Assembly (NCBI GenBank): GCA_020161835.1
Contig: JAIUNL010000004.1
Location: forward strand, 65,049 to 129,048
Direction: 5' to 3'
Origin: Bacteroidota bacterium
GTDB lineage: Bacteria > Bacteroidota > JABWAT01
DNA length: 64,000 nt
Notes under the pieces: generated by a model
The model's database searches: none
Told to the model about the DNA's origin: nothing
What the model saw: the letters and a program-made list of their open reading frames with translations, nothing else
Shown: positions 18,157 through 27,150 of the stretch, in pieces
How positions within the stretch are numbered: position 1 is the stretch's first letter
How the letters are laid out: each line of letters begins with the position of its first letter
Made by a program: the position numbers and the translations under genes

Positions 18157-19197
18157 TTACCATTGAGCCTTAAGCCTACCTAAAGCCTCCACCACCCGGT
18201 CAGCATTTCCCGCCGGATCAATCTTTTCGCATGGAACACGGATGATCGATTCCGGATCCCGTTTCGACGTCCCGAAATCATAGCCCGGATCGTAATAACG
18301 GGTCAGCAGAAATTCGGACAAGGTCAGCCAGTCACCGGTTTCAAGCCAGAGAAGACATTGTTTCGTATCGGTTCCGCCCAGTTTTTCCCGGATTTTCAGA
18401 ATTGATTTTTCCAGATTGACCGGTTCGGTTTTGCCGTATTCTTCAACCAGCTTTTTCGCCCGTTCCTGAACCGGAATATCCAGATAGATTACCGGCGCCG
18501 TTCTCATTTTCGGCCAGAAAAATTCATTGATCTGAATGGATCCGGTCTTGTGACTTTCATCTTCCAGCCAAACCACTTTTTCAGGATTTACCGAAACCCA
18601 ATCCAACCCAAGATCGTTGTCAAACTGTTCCTGAGTCGGTTGAGCAGGTTGATCGATGTCACCAAATGCAGAACCTTTGTGATTTGCAAGCAGTTCCAAA
18701 TCGATGATCTGCTGATTTCTTTCCGGAAGGAGGTGAAGCACATCTGTTTTCCCTGAACCGGTTCTTCCGCCAAGAATCACCAGTGGCTTTGAGGTTTTAA
18801 ATTCCTCAAGAATATGGCGGCGGTAAGCCTTATATCCGCCATTGACGATGTAAACAGTATATCCATAAAAACCGAGAAGCCAACCCACCGCACCGCTTCT
18901 CATTCCGCCACGCCAGCAATGAACCAAAACAACCCGGGAATCGGTAACCGATTTAACCTGTTCGATGATTGGCCGCATTTTGGGTCCGACAAAATCCAAC
19001 CCTTTGAGAATTGCCGCCTGCTTGCCTTCAGTTTTGTAAGTCAATCCGATGATATGCCGTTCTTCAACAGAAAAAAGAGGGAGATTCAGGGCACCTGGAA
19101 TGTGTCCCTGACGGAATTCTGCTTCGGTACGGACATCAAAAACGGGGAATTGTTTTCGTTTAACGAGGAATTCAGAATTGTCGCAATGGAACGTCAT
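18157..19197 (-). CDS. selU: tRNA 2-selenouridine synthase
   Basis: N-terminal rhodanese domain (VDVRTEAEFRQGHIPGALNLP, CWRGGMRS) and P-loop GGRTGSGKT; 346 aa; adjacent to selD. Confidence 0.8.
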   Translation of the reverse strand: MTFHCDNSEFLVKRKQFPVFDVRTEAEFRQGHIPGALNLPLFSVEERHIIGLTYKTEGKQAAILKGLDFVGPKMRPIIEQVKSVTDSRVVLVHCWRGGMRSGAVGWLLGFYGYTVYIVNGGYKAYRRHILEEFKTSKPLVILGGRTGSGKTDVLHLLPERNQQIIDLELLANHKGSAFGDIDQPAQPTQEQFDNDLGLDWVSVNPEKVVWLEDESHKTGSIQINEFFWPKMRTAPVIYLDIPVQERAKKLVEEYGKTEPVNLEKSILKIREKLGGTDTKQCLLWLETGDWLTLSEFLLTRYYDPGYDFGTSKRDPESIIRVPCEKIDPAGNADRVVEALGRLKAQW

Positions 19198-19700
19198 AGT
19201 TTTTGCAGAAAGTAAATTGTAAAGATACGAAATTTTAAAATACCGGGGACGGAATGGTTACAGGTCACGGATTACGGGTAACGGGAAATACAGGGATTTA
19301 GAAAAGTCTTGAAATCGATTTGCTTCTTCGCCGTCATCCGGTCGACGCCGCGGCCAATGAAGTGCCCTGACAAAAAATGTCAGTGTCTGCTTTTTAAAAT
19401 TTGCTTTGTGCTTAATCGTCTATGTTCTGACATTTTTCAGGGCCGAAGTGCCAGCCGCAAGTCAAAGAGCGGATGGGCGAAAAGGGATTTTGGGTACTTT
19501 TGTCCCGTCAAAAGTACCTCTCCGAAGGAAAAACCACCTATTTGGATGAAGGAGTTTTACAGAACTTCGTTAACCATCAGTGACTGAAAATTTATCAACC
19601 ATTTGAAAAAAAAACATGGATCCCGGCTCGTAGGCCGGGATGACAACTAAAGAGTCTGTATTTACCATTCATTTCCCTTTAATCTGTCAATTTCCTACCT

Positions 19701-20609
19701 TTGCAGGTTTTAACTGAAATTGAAAAGAGGACTGTTGTGGCGAAGGAAAAACTCGTCAATGTGGGCATGATTCAGGTTTCCTGTTCAAAGGATCCTGCTG
19801 AAAACATGAAAAAAACCATTCTGAAAATCCGGGATACTGCAAAAGCCGGTGCTCAGATCATCGTTCTTCAGGAATTATTCAAGTCACTTTATTTCTGTGA
19901 TGTTGAAGATTACGACAATTTCAATCTGGCAGAGCCAATCCCTGGTCCTTCTACCGATGAACTGGGAATAGTTGCAAAAGAACTTGGCGTGGTCATCGTG
20001 GCTTCCCTTTTCGAAAAACGGACGGAAGGATTGTATCACAACACAACCGCCGTCCTGGATGCTGACGGAACATACCTCGGGAAATACCGGAAAATGCACA
20101 TTCCGGATGATCCTTCCTTTTACGAGAAATTTTATTTTACACCGGGAGATCTGGGCTACAAAGTTTTTGATACGAAGTTTGCGAAAATCGGCGTCCTGAT
20201 CTGCTGGGATCAGTGGTACCCTGAAGCAGCAAGAATCACAGCGTTAATGGGTGCTGATCTCCTTGTTTATCCGACTGCAATCGGCTGGGCCACCTCACAG
20301 GATGAAGCAACCAACGATGAACAGTACAACGCCTGGCAAACCATTCAGCGCGGACATGCCGTCGCAAACGGCGTTCATGTGGTTTCGGTAAACCGTGTCG
20401 GACTTGAAGGCGAACTGAATTTCTGGGGCGGATCGTTTATCTCAAATCCGTTCGGAAGATTGTTGTACAAAGCCAGTCACGATAAAGAAGAAATCCATGT
20501 CGAAACCCTGGATTTAAGCAAAACCAATTCGTACCGGATTCACTGGCCATTTTTAAGAGACCGAAGGATCGATTCCTACGACCCAATACTTAAAAGGTTT
20601 ATAGATTAG
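19701..20609 (+). CDS. aguB: N-carbamoylputrescine amidase (carbon-nitrogen hydrolase family)
   Basis: CN-hydrolase N-terminus KLVNVGMIQVSCSKDPAENMKKTI...GAQIIVLQELF and catalytic Cys region ICWD; true start may be slightly downstream of the ORF-track start. Confidence 0.7.
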   Translation: MQVLTEIEKRTVVAKEKLVNVGMIQVSCSKDPAENMKKTILKIRDTAKAGAQIIVLQELFKSLYFCDVEDYDNFNLAEPIPGPSTDELGIVAKELGVVIVASLFEKRTEGLYHNTTAVLDADGTYLGKYRKMHIPDDPSFYEKFYFTPGDLGYKVFDTKFAKIGVLICWDQWYPEAARITALMGADLLVYPTAIGWATSQDEATNDEQYNAWQTIQRGHAVANGVHVVSVNRVGLEGELNFWGGSFISNPFGRLLYKASHDKEEIHVETLDLSKTNSYRIHWPFLRDRRIDSYDPILKRFID

Positions 20610-20688
20610 GTAGGGCAGACCGCAAAGGCCCAAAGTCGCTAAGAAATTCAATCTTTTAGAAAATACAAAGAATTAAAAATTAATTTCT

Positions 20689-21108
20689 ATGATTAAATCT
20701 GGGTTTAGGAATGAAATTCAGAGTGAAGAATTAAATAATCTTGCGAAAATAATTGTTGATTCTTGTTATGAAGTTCATCGGAATATTGGTCCCGGCTTGC
20801 TCGAATCTGTATATGAAAATTGTCTTGAGATTGAATTAAAACACCGTGGAATTAAAACTGACCGGCAAGTCCCGGTTCCTTTGAAATATAAAAATGTGGA
20901 TCTTGAAAAGGAATTTTATATTGACCTGTTGGTTGAAGATAAAATTGTAATTGAAATAAAAGCAGTTGAAACCATGATTCCTGTTTTTGAAGCTCAACTT
21001 CTTTCTTATTTAAAACTGGCAGATAAACGGCTCGGTTTTCTGGTGAACTTCAATGTTCCTTTAATTAAATATGGAATTCGCCGTTTCGTAAATGGTTTGG
21101 AAAAATAA
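20689..21108 (+). CDS. GxxExxY family protein
   Basis: GPGLLESVYENCLEIEL motif (G-x-x-E-x-x-Y); 139 aa. Confidence 0.7.
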   Translation: MIKSGFRNEIQSEELNNLAKIIVDSCYEVHRNIGPGLLESVYENCLEIELKHRGIKTDRQVPVPLKYKNVDLEKEFYIDLLVEDKIVIEIKAVETMIPVFEAQLLSYLKLADKRLGFLVNFNVPLIKYGIRRFVNGLEK

Positions 21109-21232
21109 TCATTTTTTTGCTCTTAACTATAAAATAATTAGAGTCTTAGCGCCTTTGGGGTCTCTTTGAATTATCCTTTGTCTTTAACTTTAAAAAACTT
21201 AGCGTCTTAGCGCCTTTGGGGTCTCCTTTCCA

Positions 21233-22273
21233 ATGAATACATCTCCGAAATCTCTTGGCTACCGGTTCCCGGCTGAATGGGAACGTCACACGGCAACCTG
21301 GCTGTCCTGGCCGCACAAAGAAGCATCCTGGCCTGGAAAAATCGATACGATTTATCCGGTTTATGCTGATTTTATCAAAATTCTTGCAACCGGTGAACGG
21401 GTTTGCATCAACGTGGCTGATGACGCCATGAAAAACCATGCAATGAAGTATCTTTCTGCCAACGGACCAGATCTTTCAAAAGTGGAATTTTACCCCTTCC
21501 CAACTAATGATGCCTGGTGCCGTGATCATGGTCCGGCCTTTCTTGTGAATCCATCTGCACCTGAACCCAAAATCGTCATTGATTGGGATTACAACGCCTG
21601 GGGTGATAAATATCCGCCTTACGATCTGGATGATGTCATTCCTACTTTAATCGGACGAAAATTCGGATATCCGGTTTTCAAACCCGGCATCGTCATGGAA
21701 GGCGGTTCCGTCGAGTTTAACGGGAAAGGAACCCTGCTGACGACTTCCGCCTGTCTGCTGAATCCGAACCGGAATCCGCATCTGAATCAGGATGAAATTG
21801 AAGGATTTCTGCGGGATTATTACGCTGTCGATCACATTCTTTGGTTGGGTGACGGAATTGTGGGCGATGACACAGACGGACACATCGACGACCTGACCCG
21901 GTTTGTGAATCACGATACCGTCGTTACCGTTATTGAATCCAGCAAAAAAGATGAGAATTATGACATTCTTCAGGACAACCTGAAAGAACTTAAGAAAATG
22001 AGACTGGAATCCGGAAAACAGATGAATGTGGTTGAACTCCCCATGCCGGATTCGATTATTTTTGAAGATCAGAGATTGCCCGCATCCTACGCCAATTTTT
22101 ACATCGCCAATTCATCTGTCATCGTTCCGACTTACCGGTGTAAACAGGACGATCAGGCATTGGATATTTTGTCCTCAGTTTTTAAAGACCGGAAGGTTAT
22201 CGGACTCGATTCCGTTGACATTATCTGGGGCTTGGGAAGTTTTCATTGTTTAAGTCAGCAGGAACCGGAATAA
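21233..22273 (+). CDS. aguA: agmatine deiminase
   Basis: FPAEWERHTATWLSWPH N-terminal signature and C-terminal GSFHCLSQQ catalytic Cys of agmatine deiminase/PAD family; 346 aa. Confidence 0.8.
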   Translation: MNTSPKSLGYRFPAEWERHTATWLSWPHKEASWPGKIDTIYPVYADFIKILATGERVCINVADDAMKNHAMKYLSANGPDLSKVEFYPFPTNDAWCRDHGPAFLVNPSAPEPKIVIDWDYNAWGDKYPPYDLDDVIPTLIGRKFGYPVFKPGIVMEGGSVEFNGKGTLLTTSACLLNPNRNPHLNQDEIEGFLRDYYAVDHILWLGDGIVGDDTDGHIDDLTRFVNHDTVVTVIESSKKDENYDILQDNLKELKKMRLESGKQMNVVELPMPDSIIFEDQRLPASYANFYIANSSVIVPTYRCKQDDQALDILSSVFKDRKVIGLDSVDIIWGLGSFHCLSQQEPE

Positions 22274-22279
22274 ATCCCC

Positions 22280-24094
22280 ATGAAATTAAATTTCAGACCC
22301 ATTTTCATGCTATTTTTCTCTTTCTCACTGAGTTCTTGTGAACCCTATGAGCCTCAGGGTGAGAATTTTGTGGAAGTTGCAAAGCCGGAACTTAATGTTG
22401 GGCTTCAGTTGAACAATAAAAATCCGGGTGTAACATTTTCGATATATGGTCAAAATAATTTTACTATCTCAAGAAATCTGGGAAATAAAAGGGAAAGGGA
22501 ATTGACCGTTTTTGTTGACGAAAAGCTGGTTGGTGATTTTACCTTTAAAGACTCCTTTTCGATAGATGGCAGTAAATTATCAGATGGCACTCACACAATA
22601 AAAATTAAATTGATTACCAGTACCAGCTCTGGCAGTCTCGCCGATAAATTAAAAACAGAATATATAACCTATTCCCCAACGTGGAATTTAATGGTAGATA
22701 AGCAATTAACTGGTTTTTCCAATCCATTAACCTACACGATAGAAGATGGATTTTTAGTTATCAATTGGCAAAAATATTCAGGTATTGGGTTTGAGTATTA
22801 TAACCTGAAATATATTGACGTATACCGTAACGAAATTTCGAACCGGATTACCGACATCAATACAACCAGTTTTAAAATTCTGACAATACCATTAAATCCA
22901 AGCACAGTTGTTGTGGAACTCGCAGCAAAAGGAAAAAAAGTTTCATCCCCTGTATTAAATGTTGCAATTCCTACCCAAATTAATCTTTTATCGCCCGAAA
23001 GAATAAATGAACAGGAATATAAATTCACATGGAGCCGGCCAATCTTATACGGACCGATTTCTCAATATTCTGTTGTTGATCAATATGGAAGATCTTATGG
23101 TAATACGTCAGATTCATCGCTTACCTGTATTCCCAGTAGAATTGGTCAGGGCGTTGAGTATAAGATTATTGCAACTCCATTTTCCTCCAACTCAGTTAAG
23201 TTAAATCTGGGAACACGGATTTTTAATAATTTTTCAGTGGCCTGGCCAGACGAGAAAAACAACCGGTTTTTACACTATAATTCTACGCTTTCAACTATGT
23301 TTAGTATAAGTGGAGTTGACGTTGCAACCAAAATATCAGTGCCTCAGATCAACAAGCCGGTTGTTTCTCAGGACTTGACCTATTTTGCAGGGCTTTCAGG
23401 CAAATCTATAAATGGTAAATACTGGAAACAAATTGATATATATAGAACCAGTGATTTCATAAAAATTCAATCTATAAACCTTGATGATTTTTACCCCACA
23501 ATTTATGGTTATGTCGAATCAGTTATGATGAATGGAGATCACCTGGTCTTTAATGTTTATGAAGATGACAAGAATCCAAATAATAATGATAAACCATTAA
23601 AATTTCTTGGTTTTTTTTCCATTTCAAAAGGGAAAAAAGTTAAAGATTTGTTTTACATAGAAAATATTAAACTTATAACTGCAGATGCAAAACGGGCAAT
23701 TACTTCCTCGGGTGCGGTTTATGACATTTCAGGAATCAGTTCGGTTGCAATTTCAGATGTGCCAGTTAACGGCGGGTACCTGCCCTATAATATTATCCCA
23801 AATCCTTTGGACAATTCTTTTATTGGAATTTACTATGATGGAAAGGTCACTTTATTTGATTTGGCACCATCCGTAATTGTTAAAAGTGAATTTGATTTTA
23901 AATTTCCAAACACGATTAATTTTTTTGGTCTCTCACAAAACCTGGATGTTGCCGGTATTGAAATAGATACAAGAATACTTTTGTACAACACGTTATCAAA
24001 CACAATTATTTCAACTTACAGCTATGATGGAAGTTGCTATTTATATGGTGACTACCTCATCACCTCTTTAGGATATCAGGTAAAATGGAGATGA
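22280..24094 (+). CDS. large hypothetical lipoprotein (possible Ig/FN3-like repeats)
   Basis: Signal peptide + lipobox (LSSCEP); 604 aa; AT-rich. Confidence 0.45.
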   Translation: MKLNFRPIFMLFFSFSLSSCEPYEPQGENFVEVAKPELNVGLQLNNKNPGVTFSIYGQNNFTISRNLGNKRERELTVFVDEKLVGDFTFKDSFSIDGSKLSDGTHTIKIKLITSTSSGSLADKLKTEYITYSPTWNLMVDKQLTGFSNPLTYTIEDGFLVINWQKYSGIGFEYYNLKYIDVYRNEISNRITDINTTSFKILTIPLNPSTVVVELAAKGKKVSSPVLNVAIPTQINLLSPERINEQEYKFTWSRPILYGPISQYSVVDQYGRSYGNTSDSSLTCIPSRIGQGVEYKIIATPFSSNSVKLNLGTRIFNNFSVAWPDEKNNRFLHYNSTLSTMFSISGVDVATKISVPQINKPVVSQDLTYFAGLSGKSINGKYWKQIDIYRTSDFIKIQSINLDDFYPTIYGYVESVMMNGDHLVFNVYEDDKNPNNNDKPLKFLGFFSISKGKKVKDLFYIENIKLITADAKRAITSSGAVYDISGISSVAISDVPVNGGYLPYNIIPNPLDNSFIGIYYDGKVTLFDLAPSVIVKSEFDFKFPNTINFFGLSQNLDVAGIEIDTRILLYNTLSNTIISTYSYDGSCYLYGDYLITSLGYQVKWR

Positions 24095-24807
24095 AAAATA
24101 AATTCTATTTTCTTATTGGTTTCTTTATTATTGCCTTAAGTCTCAATGTCCAGGCACAGGTAACGATTTCTGGTAATAGAATATTTGCTTTTGGAGAAAC
24201 ATCAGATTTGGATGATATTCCAAATGCAATTGTTGAATTATATCAAAAAGAAGAAATTGAAATGAAGGTAACTGATCGGTTCCCGGCCAGGCCAAATTAT
24301 GAAGTACGGGTTTCGTTCGGAAATATTTTTGGTGAAAATTTAAAATTGGGAGGCAGTTTTAATTACTTTTCAACCGGCTCAAAAATAACTTACGCAGATT
24401 ACTCGGGGGAGATCAATGAAATTCTTGTCTTCGAAAGAAAATCTTTTGAAATCTTTCTGGGGCAACCCATATATTCCAGTGGGAATCGTATTTCAGTTAT
24501 CGGAACTATTTCTGCAGGAGTAAACTTTTCAACTGTAAAGCTCAATTCATCGTTGACTCTTTACGACCAATCTGCTGAAGAAAATACGACATTCGAAAGT
24601 CAATCCTGGTTTTCAGAACCTGCACTTGAAGTCCAGGTAAGGTTGTTTTACGGTTTGTTTATAGCTGGAACCGGGTCAGTCAATTTAAATATTTCCTCTC
24701 AATTAAAAAATGATTCTGGAAATGGTTTATTTAATTCAAATGGGAAGGAAATTCAAATGAATACTTCTGGCCCAAGATTTAAAATCGGATTAGGTTACAC
24801 CTTCTGA
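24085..24807 (+). CDS. putative outer membrane beta-barrel protein
   Basis: Signal peptide, alternating hydrophobic strands, C-terminal GLGYTF aromatic terminus; 240 aa. Confidence 0.4.
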   Translation: MEMKNKFYFLIGFFIIALSLNVQAQVTISGNRIFAFGETSDLDDIPNAIVELYQKEEIEMKVTDRFPARPNYEVRVSFGNIFGENLKLGGSFNYFSTGSKITYADYSGEINEILVFERKSFEIFLGQPIYSSGNRISVIGTISAGVNFSTVKLNSSLTLYDQSAEENTTFESQSWFSEPALEVQVRLFYGLFIAGTGSVNLNISSQLKNDSGNGLFNSNGKEIQMNTSGPRFKIGLGYTF

Positions 24808-24834
24808 TAGTTCACCCTTTTAAAAGGAGCATTT

Positions 24835-25485
24835 ATGTCAAAGTCACTATTTTCAGAATCAGATTTAAAGCGGATTGAAACTGCCGTCACGGCCGCTGAA
24901 AAGAAAACATCCGGAGAAATTGTTCCCTATTTCGTTGAAGCAAGTGATTCGTATGTCGATGCCTTTTGGAAGCTTTTGGGTTTTACCCTGATTTTTTCCT
25001 TGCTGCTGACAGCATTTATTTTTGAGTATTCCGGTTGGTGGTTCACTTTTGGAATTTTTGAGATTTTAACTGCAATTACAGGTGGAGCCATTCTTCTTTG
25101 TTTCCTGCTCGTAAAAATTGATCCGGTTTTACGTTTCGCTGCCGGAAGAAAATCCATTCAGGACCGCATTACTTCCCGTGCTGCAGAAGCCTTTGTGTCA
25201 GAAGAAGTTTTTGCAACCCGTGACCGGACCGGGATTTTAATCTTTATCTCCGCTTTGGAGCACCGTGTTCTGGTCATTGGTGATTCAGGCATCAATGCCA
25301 AAGTGAAACCGGAAGTCTGGGCAGAAGTTGCCGGTTTGGTTGTAACCGGAATTAAAACAGGAAAAGCCACTGACGGAATTATTTCGGCCATTGAAAAATG
25401 TGGTGAAATACTCGAAACAGCCGGTGTTGCCATCAAATCTGACGACACAAACGAAATCGGAAACGAACTGAGAGTCGGGAAATAA
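24835..25485 (+). CDS. membrane protein, TPM-domain-like
   Basis: Two TM segments then RDRTGILIFISALEHRVLVIGDSGIN resembling TPM-domain core; low certainty. Confidence 0.35.
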   Translation: MSKSLFSESDLKRIETAVTAAEKKTSGEIVPYFVEASDSYVDAFWKLLGFTLIFSLLLTAFIFEYSGWWFTFGIFEILTAITGGAILLCFLLVKIDPVLRFAAGRKSIQDRITSRAAEAFVSEEVFATRDRTGILIFISALEHRVLVIGDSGINAKVKPEVWAEVAGLVVTGIKTGKATDGIISAIEKCGEILETAGVAIKSDDTNEIGNELRVGK

Positions 25486-25650
25486 TAATCCGGTAGCCTT
25501 TTTAAATAAAACATCATTTGCCTTGCTAACTCAGTAAAGCACTTAAACGGATGTTGTTATTGATTTAAAAACAAAATGAATTGTATTTAAAACTCAGCGT
25601 CCTCTGTGTCTCTGCGGTTTACTTGAAATTTATAACATATAAGGAAAATC

Positions 25651-26745
25651 ATGGGTCTTAGAATTGGTATTGTCGGACTTCCAAACGTGGGAAAGTCCAC
25701 GCTTTTTAACGCAATTACATCAGCCGGAGCACAGGCTGCGAACTTCCCTTTTTGTACCATCGAACCTAACGTCGGCGTTGTTGACGTTCCGGATGAACGC
25801 CTTTGGGTTCTGAAAGAAATCGTTGGAACCGATAAAGTTATTCCGGCTGCCGTTGAATTTGTTGACATCGCCGGCCTCGTCAAAGGTGCGTCAAAAGGTG
25901 AAGGTTTGGGAAATCAGTTCCTTTCCAACATCCGGGAATGCGATGCCATTCTGCACGTCGTTCGTTGTTTTGATGATGATAACGTCATTCACGTCGATGG
26001 ATCGGTCAATCCGAAAAGAGATATTGAAGTCATTGAAACCGAACTCATTTTCAAAGATCTCGATACCCTTGAGAAAAAGCTTCAGCGAACAGCTCGCGGA
26101 CTCAAATCCGGCGATAAAAAAGCAAAAGAAGACACTGATTTGTTGATGGCATTGAATGATCACTTCGGTCAGGGAAAACCCGTCAGAACATTTCCGGCAA
26201 CACCTGAACAGAAGGAAGTCTTTGCCGATTGTTTTTTCCTGACTGATAAGCCGGTTCTTTATGTTGCCAACGTGGCTGAAAAGGATATCCTCACCGGAAA
26301 TAATTACGTGAAACAGGTAAAGGAAATCGCAGACGCCGAAGGAGCAAGAATCGTCACCATTTCTGCAGCCATTGAAGCAGAAATTGCCGAACTTCCAATG
26401 GAAGAAAGAAAAGATTTTCTTGCCGGATTAGGACTTGATAAATCCGGACTAGATCAGATCATCACGATCGGATTTGATATGCTCGGTTTGATGACCTACT
26501 TCACTGCCGGTAAAATTGAAGTGAGAGCCTGGACGATTCACAAAGGCGACAAAGCCCCTCAGGCAGCCGGTGTCATTCATACTGACTTCGAAAAAGGATT
26601 TATCCGCGCTGAAGTTCAGAAATATGACGATATCGTTCGTCTGAAATCTGAAGCTGCAGTTAAAGAAGCCGGCTTGCTGAAAGTTGAAGGAAAAGATTAC
26701 GTTGTCCAGGATGGCGATGTCATGCACTTCAGGTTTAATGTTTAA
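25651..26745 (+). CDS. ychF: redox-regulated ATPase YchF (Obg-family GTPase)
   Basis: MGLRIGIVGLPNVGKSTLFNAIT G1 motif, DIAGLVKGASKGEGLGNQFL, C-terminal TGS domain; 364 aa. Confidence 0.9.
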   Translation: MGLRIGIVGLPNVGKSTLFNAITSAGAQAANFPFCTIEPNVGVVDVPDERLWVLKEIVGTDKVIPAAVEFVDIAGLVKGASKGEGLGNQFLSNIRECDAILHVVRCFDDDNVIHVDGSVNPKRDIEVIETELIFKDLDTLEKKLQRTARGLKSGDKKAKEDTDLLMALNDHFGQGKPVRTFPATPEQKEVFADCFFLTDKPVLYVANVAEKDILTGNNYVKQVKEIADAEGARIVTISAAIEAEIAELPMEERKDFLAGLGLDKSGLDQIITIGFDMLGLMTYFTAGKIEVRAWTIHKGDKAPQAAGVIHTDFEKGFIRAEVQKYDDIVRLKSEAAVKEAGLLKVEGKDYVVQDGDVMHFRFNV

Positions 26746-26756
26746 GAATTGAATTT

Positions 26757-26796
26757 AAAAACTGCAGGTTTTTAAAGCCTGCAGTTTTGTTTTTAT
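26757..26796 (+). terminator. rho-independent terminator (AAAACTGCAGG..CCTGCAGTTTT + T-run) after ychF
   Basis: Perfect hairpin followed by TTTTGTTTTTAT. Confidence 0.7.
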
Positions 26797-26849
26797 CCCG
26801 GGTTTTCAAATACAATACTTTTCTCCCGCTCCCAAGCGAGTCAGAAGAC

Positions 26850-27150
26850 CCGCCGGATAAAAACCATTGTTAACCGCAGAAAGAACAGAAATAACAGAAA
26901 AATAAATTCAACCTTTTAAACCTGATTTTATTTCCATTTCTGTCCATTCTGTATCTTCTGTGGTGTAAAAGCATTTGGCATTTTGTCTTCAACCAAGCCA
27001 TTCAAAAGTTGGCCAAAAAAACCAGTTTAACCGCAGAAATAACAGAAATAACGGAAAATTAAATTCAAATCTTTAAATCCGAATTCATTTCCCTTTCTGT
27101 CCATTCCGTATCTTCTGTGGTGAAAAAGCATTTGGCATTTTGTCTCAAAT
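26850..27150. repeat. tandem array, 2 copies of a ~150-bp diverged variant (family B) of the 149-bp repeat
   Basis: TTAACCGCAGAAA..ACAGAA...CTTCTGTGGTG core at 26869 and 27018; overlaps the TTG start of the downstream sigma-54 activator ORF. Confidence 0.85.
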
